Made by a program: the position numbers and the translations under genes. The notes under the pieces are model-generated. The model was not told the origin of the DNA and did no database searches. It saw only the letters and a list, made by a program, of their open reading frames with translations. DNA of 53,718 bases from a virus, in the IMG/VR virus record IMGVR_UViG_3300031414_000029. The stretch is one strand, 5' to 3'. Below, piece after piece: positions 52,881 to 53,718 of the stretch (position 1 is the stretch's first letter; the number at the start of each line of letters is the position of its first letter).

Positions 52881-53718
52881 ATGGCCCTTTTTCAAGCACC
52901 AACGAAAGATTCCGGTAAAGCACCTTCCAAAGCACCTCTGTTAGAATCAGGCGGCTATCCTGCTCGTCTGGTTCGTCTGATTGACCTCGGCAAACAGCCG
53001 GGTTCTGGTCAGTACCCAGACCCTTCATATAAACTGCTGGCGACCTTTGAGTTGCTGGACGAATACATGAAGGAAACCAATGAAGCTGGTGAAATCGTCA
53101 TGGTTCAAGACCCTGATGGTGAGCCAGGCGAAATGATTGGCAAAGACCTGCTGGATAAACCACGCTGGTTCGATTACGAATTCACCTATAATCCTGATGG
53201 ATTCATGGGTGACCGTTCGCACATCTACAAATTCATTTCTGCAATTGATGGCTTTGAAGTTAAGCCAGACCCGGCAAACAACATCGCTGGTCATCCGGCT
53301 AAACAGCTGAATGAAATGCTTGGCGAACCGCTGAACGTAACTCTGGTGTCTTACACCAAGAAAAGCGGTAAGAACGCTGGCCAGTTGGCTAACAAAATCT
53401 CTGGTTTCACTTCAATGAAAACCAAAGAGAAGCGCGAAGCTCGTGCTCTGGTTAACCCAACTATCTTCTTCGACCTCGGCAATCCTGATATCGAAGTGTT
53501 CAGCAAGCTGCCGGGCGGCGACCACGAGTTCGCAATCAAGAACCGTATTCTGAACAACTTGGAATTCAACGGCTCTAAACTGCAACTCGCGCTGGGCCAG
53601 ACTCCAACTCAGGCTCCGGTTGAAAACAAAGCATCTGAAGAACAGGTTGATGAAGCAATGAAAGCAGAACTGGAAGCTCAGGCTAAAGCCAAAGCAGAAC
53701 GTGAAGCCGCTGCTGCTG
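52881..53718 (+). CDS. ssDNA-binding-like protein (gp2.5-position), 291 aa in total; continues through the junction to base 165
   Basis: GGAGAAACAAAATG context. Position after the DNA polymerase. Ala/Glu/Lys-rich linker and an acidic tail ending DLPF. Confidence 0.55.
   Translation, partial: MALFQAPTKDSGKAPSKAPLLESGGYPARLVRLIDLGKQPGSGQYPDPSYKLLATFELLDEYMKETNEAGEIVMVQDPDGEPGEMIGKDLLDKPRWFDYEFTYNPDGFMGDRSHIYKFISAIDGFEVKPDPANNIAGHPAKQLNEMLGEPLNVTLVSYTKKSGKNAGQLANKISGFTSMKTKEKREARALVNPTIFFDLGNPDIEVFSKLPGGDHEFAIKNRILNNLEFNGSKLQLALGQTPTQAPVENKASEEQVDEAMKAELEAQAKAKAEREAAAA

Noticed and set aside
1-53718. Lysogeny or mobile-element functions (integrase, repressor, transposase, att sites) and defence systems (RT, Cas, toxin-antitoxin)
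   Set aside because: None of the translated ORFs shows recognisable integrase, recombinase, repressor, reverse-transcriptase or Cas motifs. The HNH endonuclease at 1320-1838 is the only potentially mobile gene, and it has no obvious intron or intein context.

Overview
This window holds one complete, closed phage genome. Bases 1-127 repeat 53592-53718, which gives a 53,591-bp unit. Every convincing gene is on the + strand, and I found no integrase or repressor, so the phage is probably virulent.

Gene content and order match phiEcoM-GJ1-type contractile-tailed enterobacterial phages (Chaseviridae-like):
- A compact T7-like single-subunit RNA polymerase (30883-32775).
- About 35 small early genes (33.9-44.8 kb). 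They include an ArdA-like protein, a DUF2829/Tad2-like protein, a protein carrying the host SSB C-terminal tip, and an M15 peptidase.
- A T7-like replication and nucleotide module running from 47.9 kb through the junction to 3.7 kb: ThyX, gp4-like primase-helicase, family A DNA polymerase, an ssDNA-binding-like protein, FEN, HNH, ATP ligase, dNMP kinase and dUTPase.
- A morphogenesis and lysis module (4.8-30.0 kb): large terminase, portal, scaffold-like protein, a decoration-like protein with a -1 frameshift Ig extension, capsid, sheath, tube, frameshifted chaperone, a 1242-aa tape-measure-position protein with embedded YqaJ nuclease and SLT domains, a Mu/P2-like baseplate, three fibre genes, holin and a SleB-like endolysin.

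The most unusual feature is about 4.9 kb of ORF-free sequence in five blocks:
- 30.3-30.9 kb: phased AGATTC repeats, a T11 run and a hairpin-rich RNAP leader.
- 32.8-33.9 kb: an array of promoter-like TATTG...GCATGT motifs.
- 41.6-42.5 kb: a G+C-rich structured island.
- 44.8-45.7 kb and 46.5-47.9 kb: two hairpin-dense blocks that bracket a displaced spanin pair. They carry at least five tRNA-like acceptor/T-arm modules, two with encoded CCA, and none folds by eye into a canonical cloverleaf.

All protein calls rest on motifs recognised by eye in the supplied translations. No searches or RNA folding programs were run.
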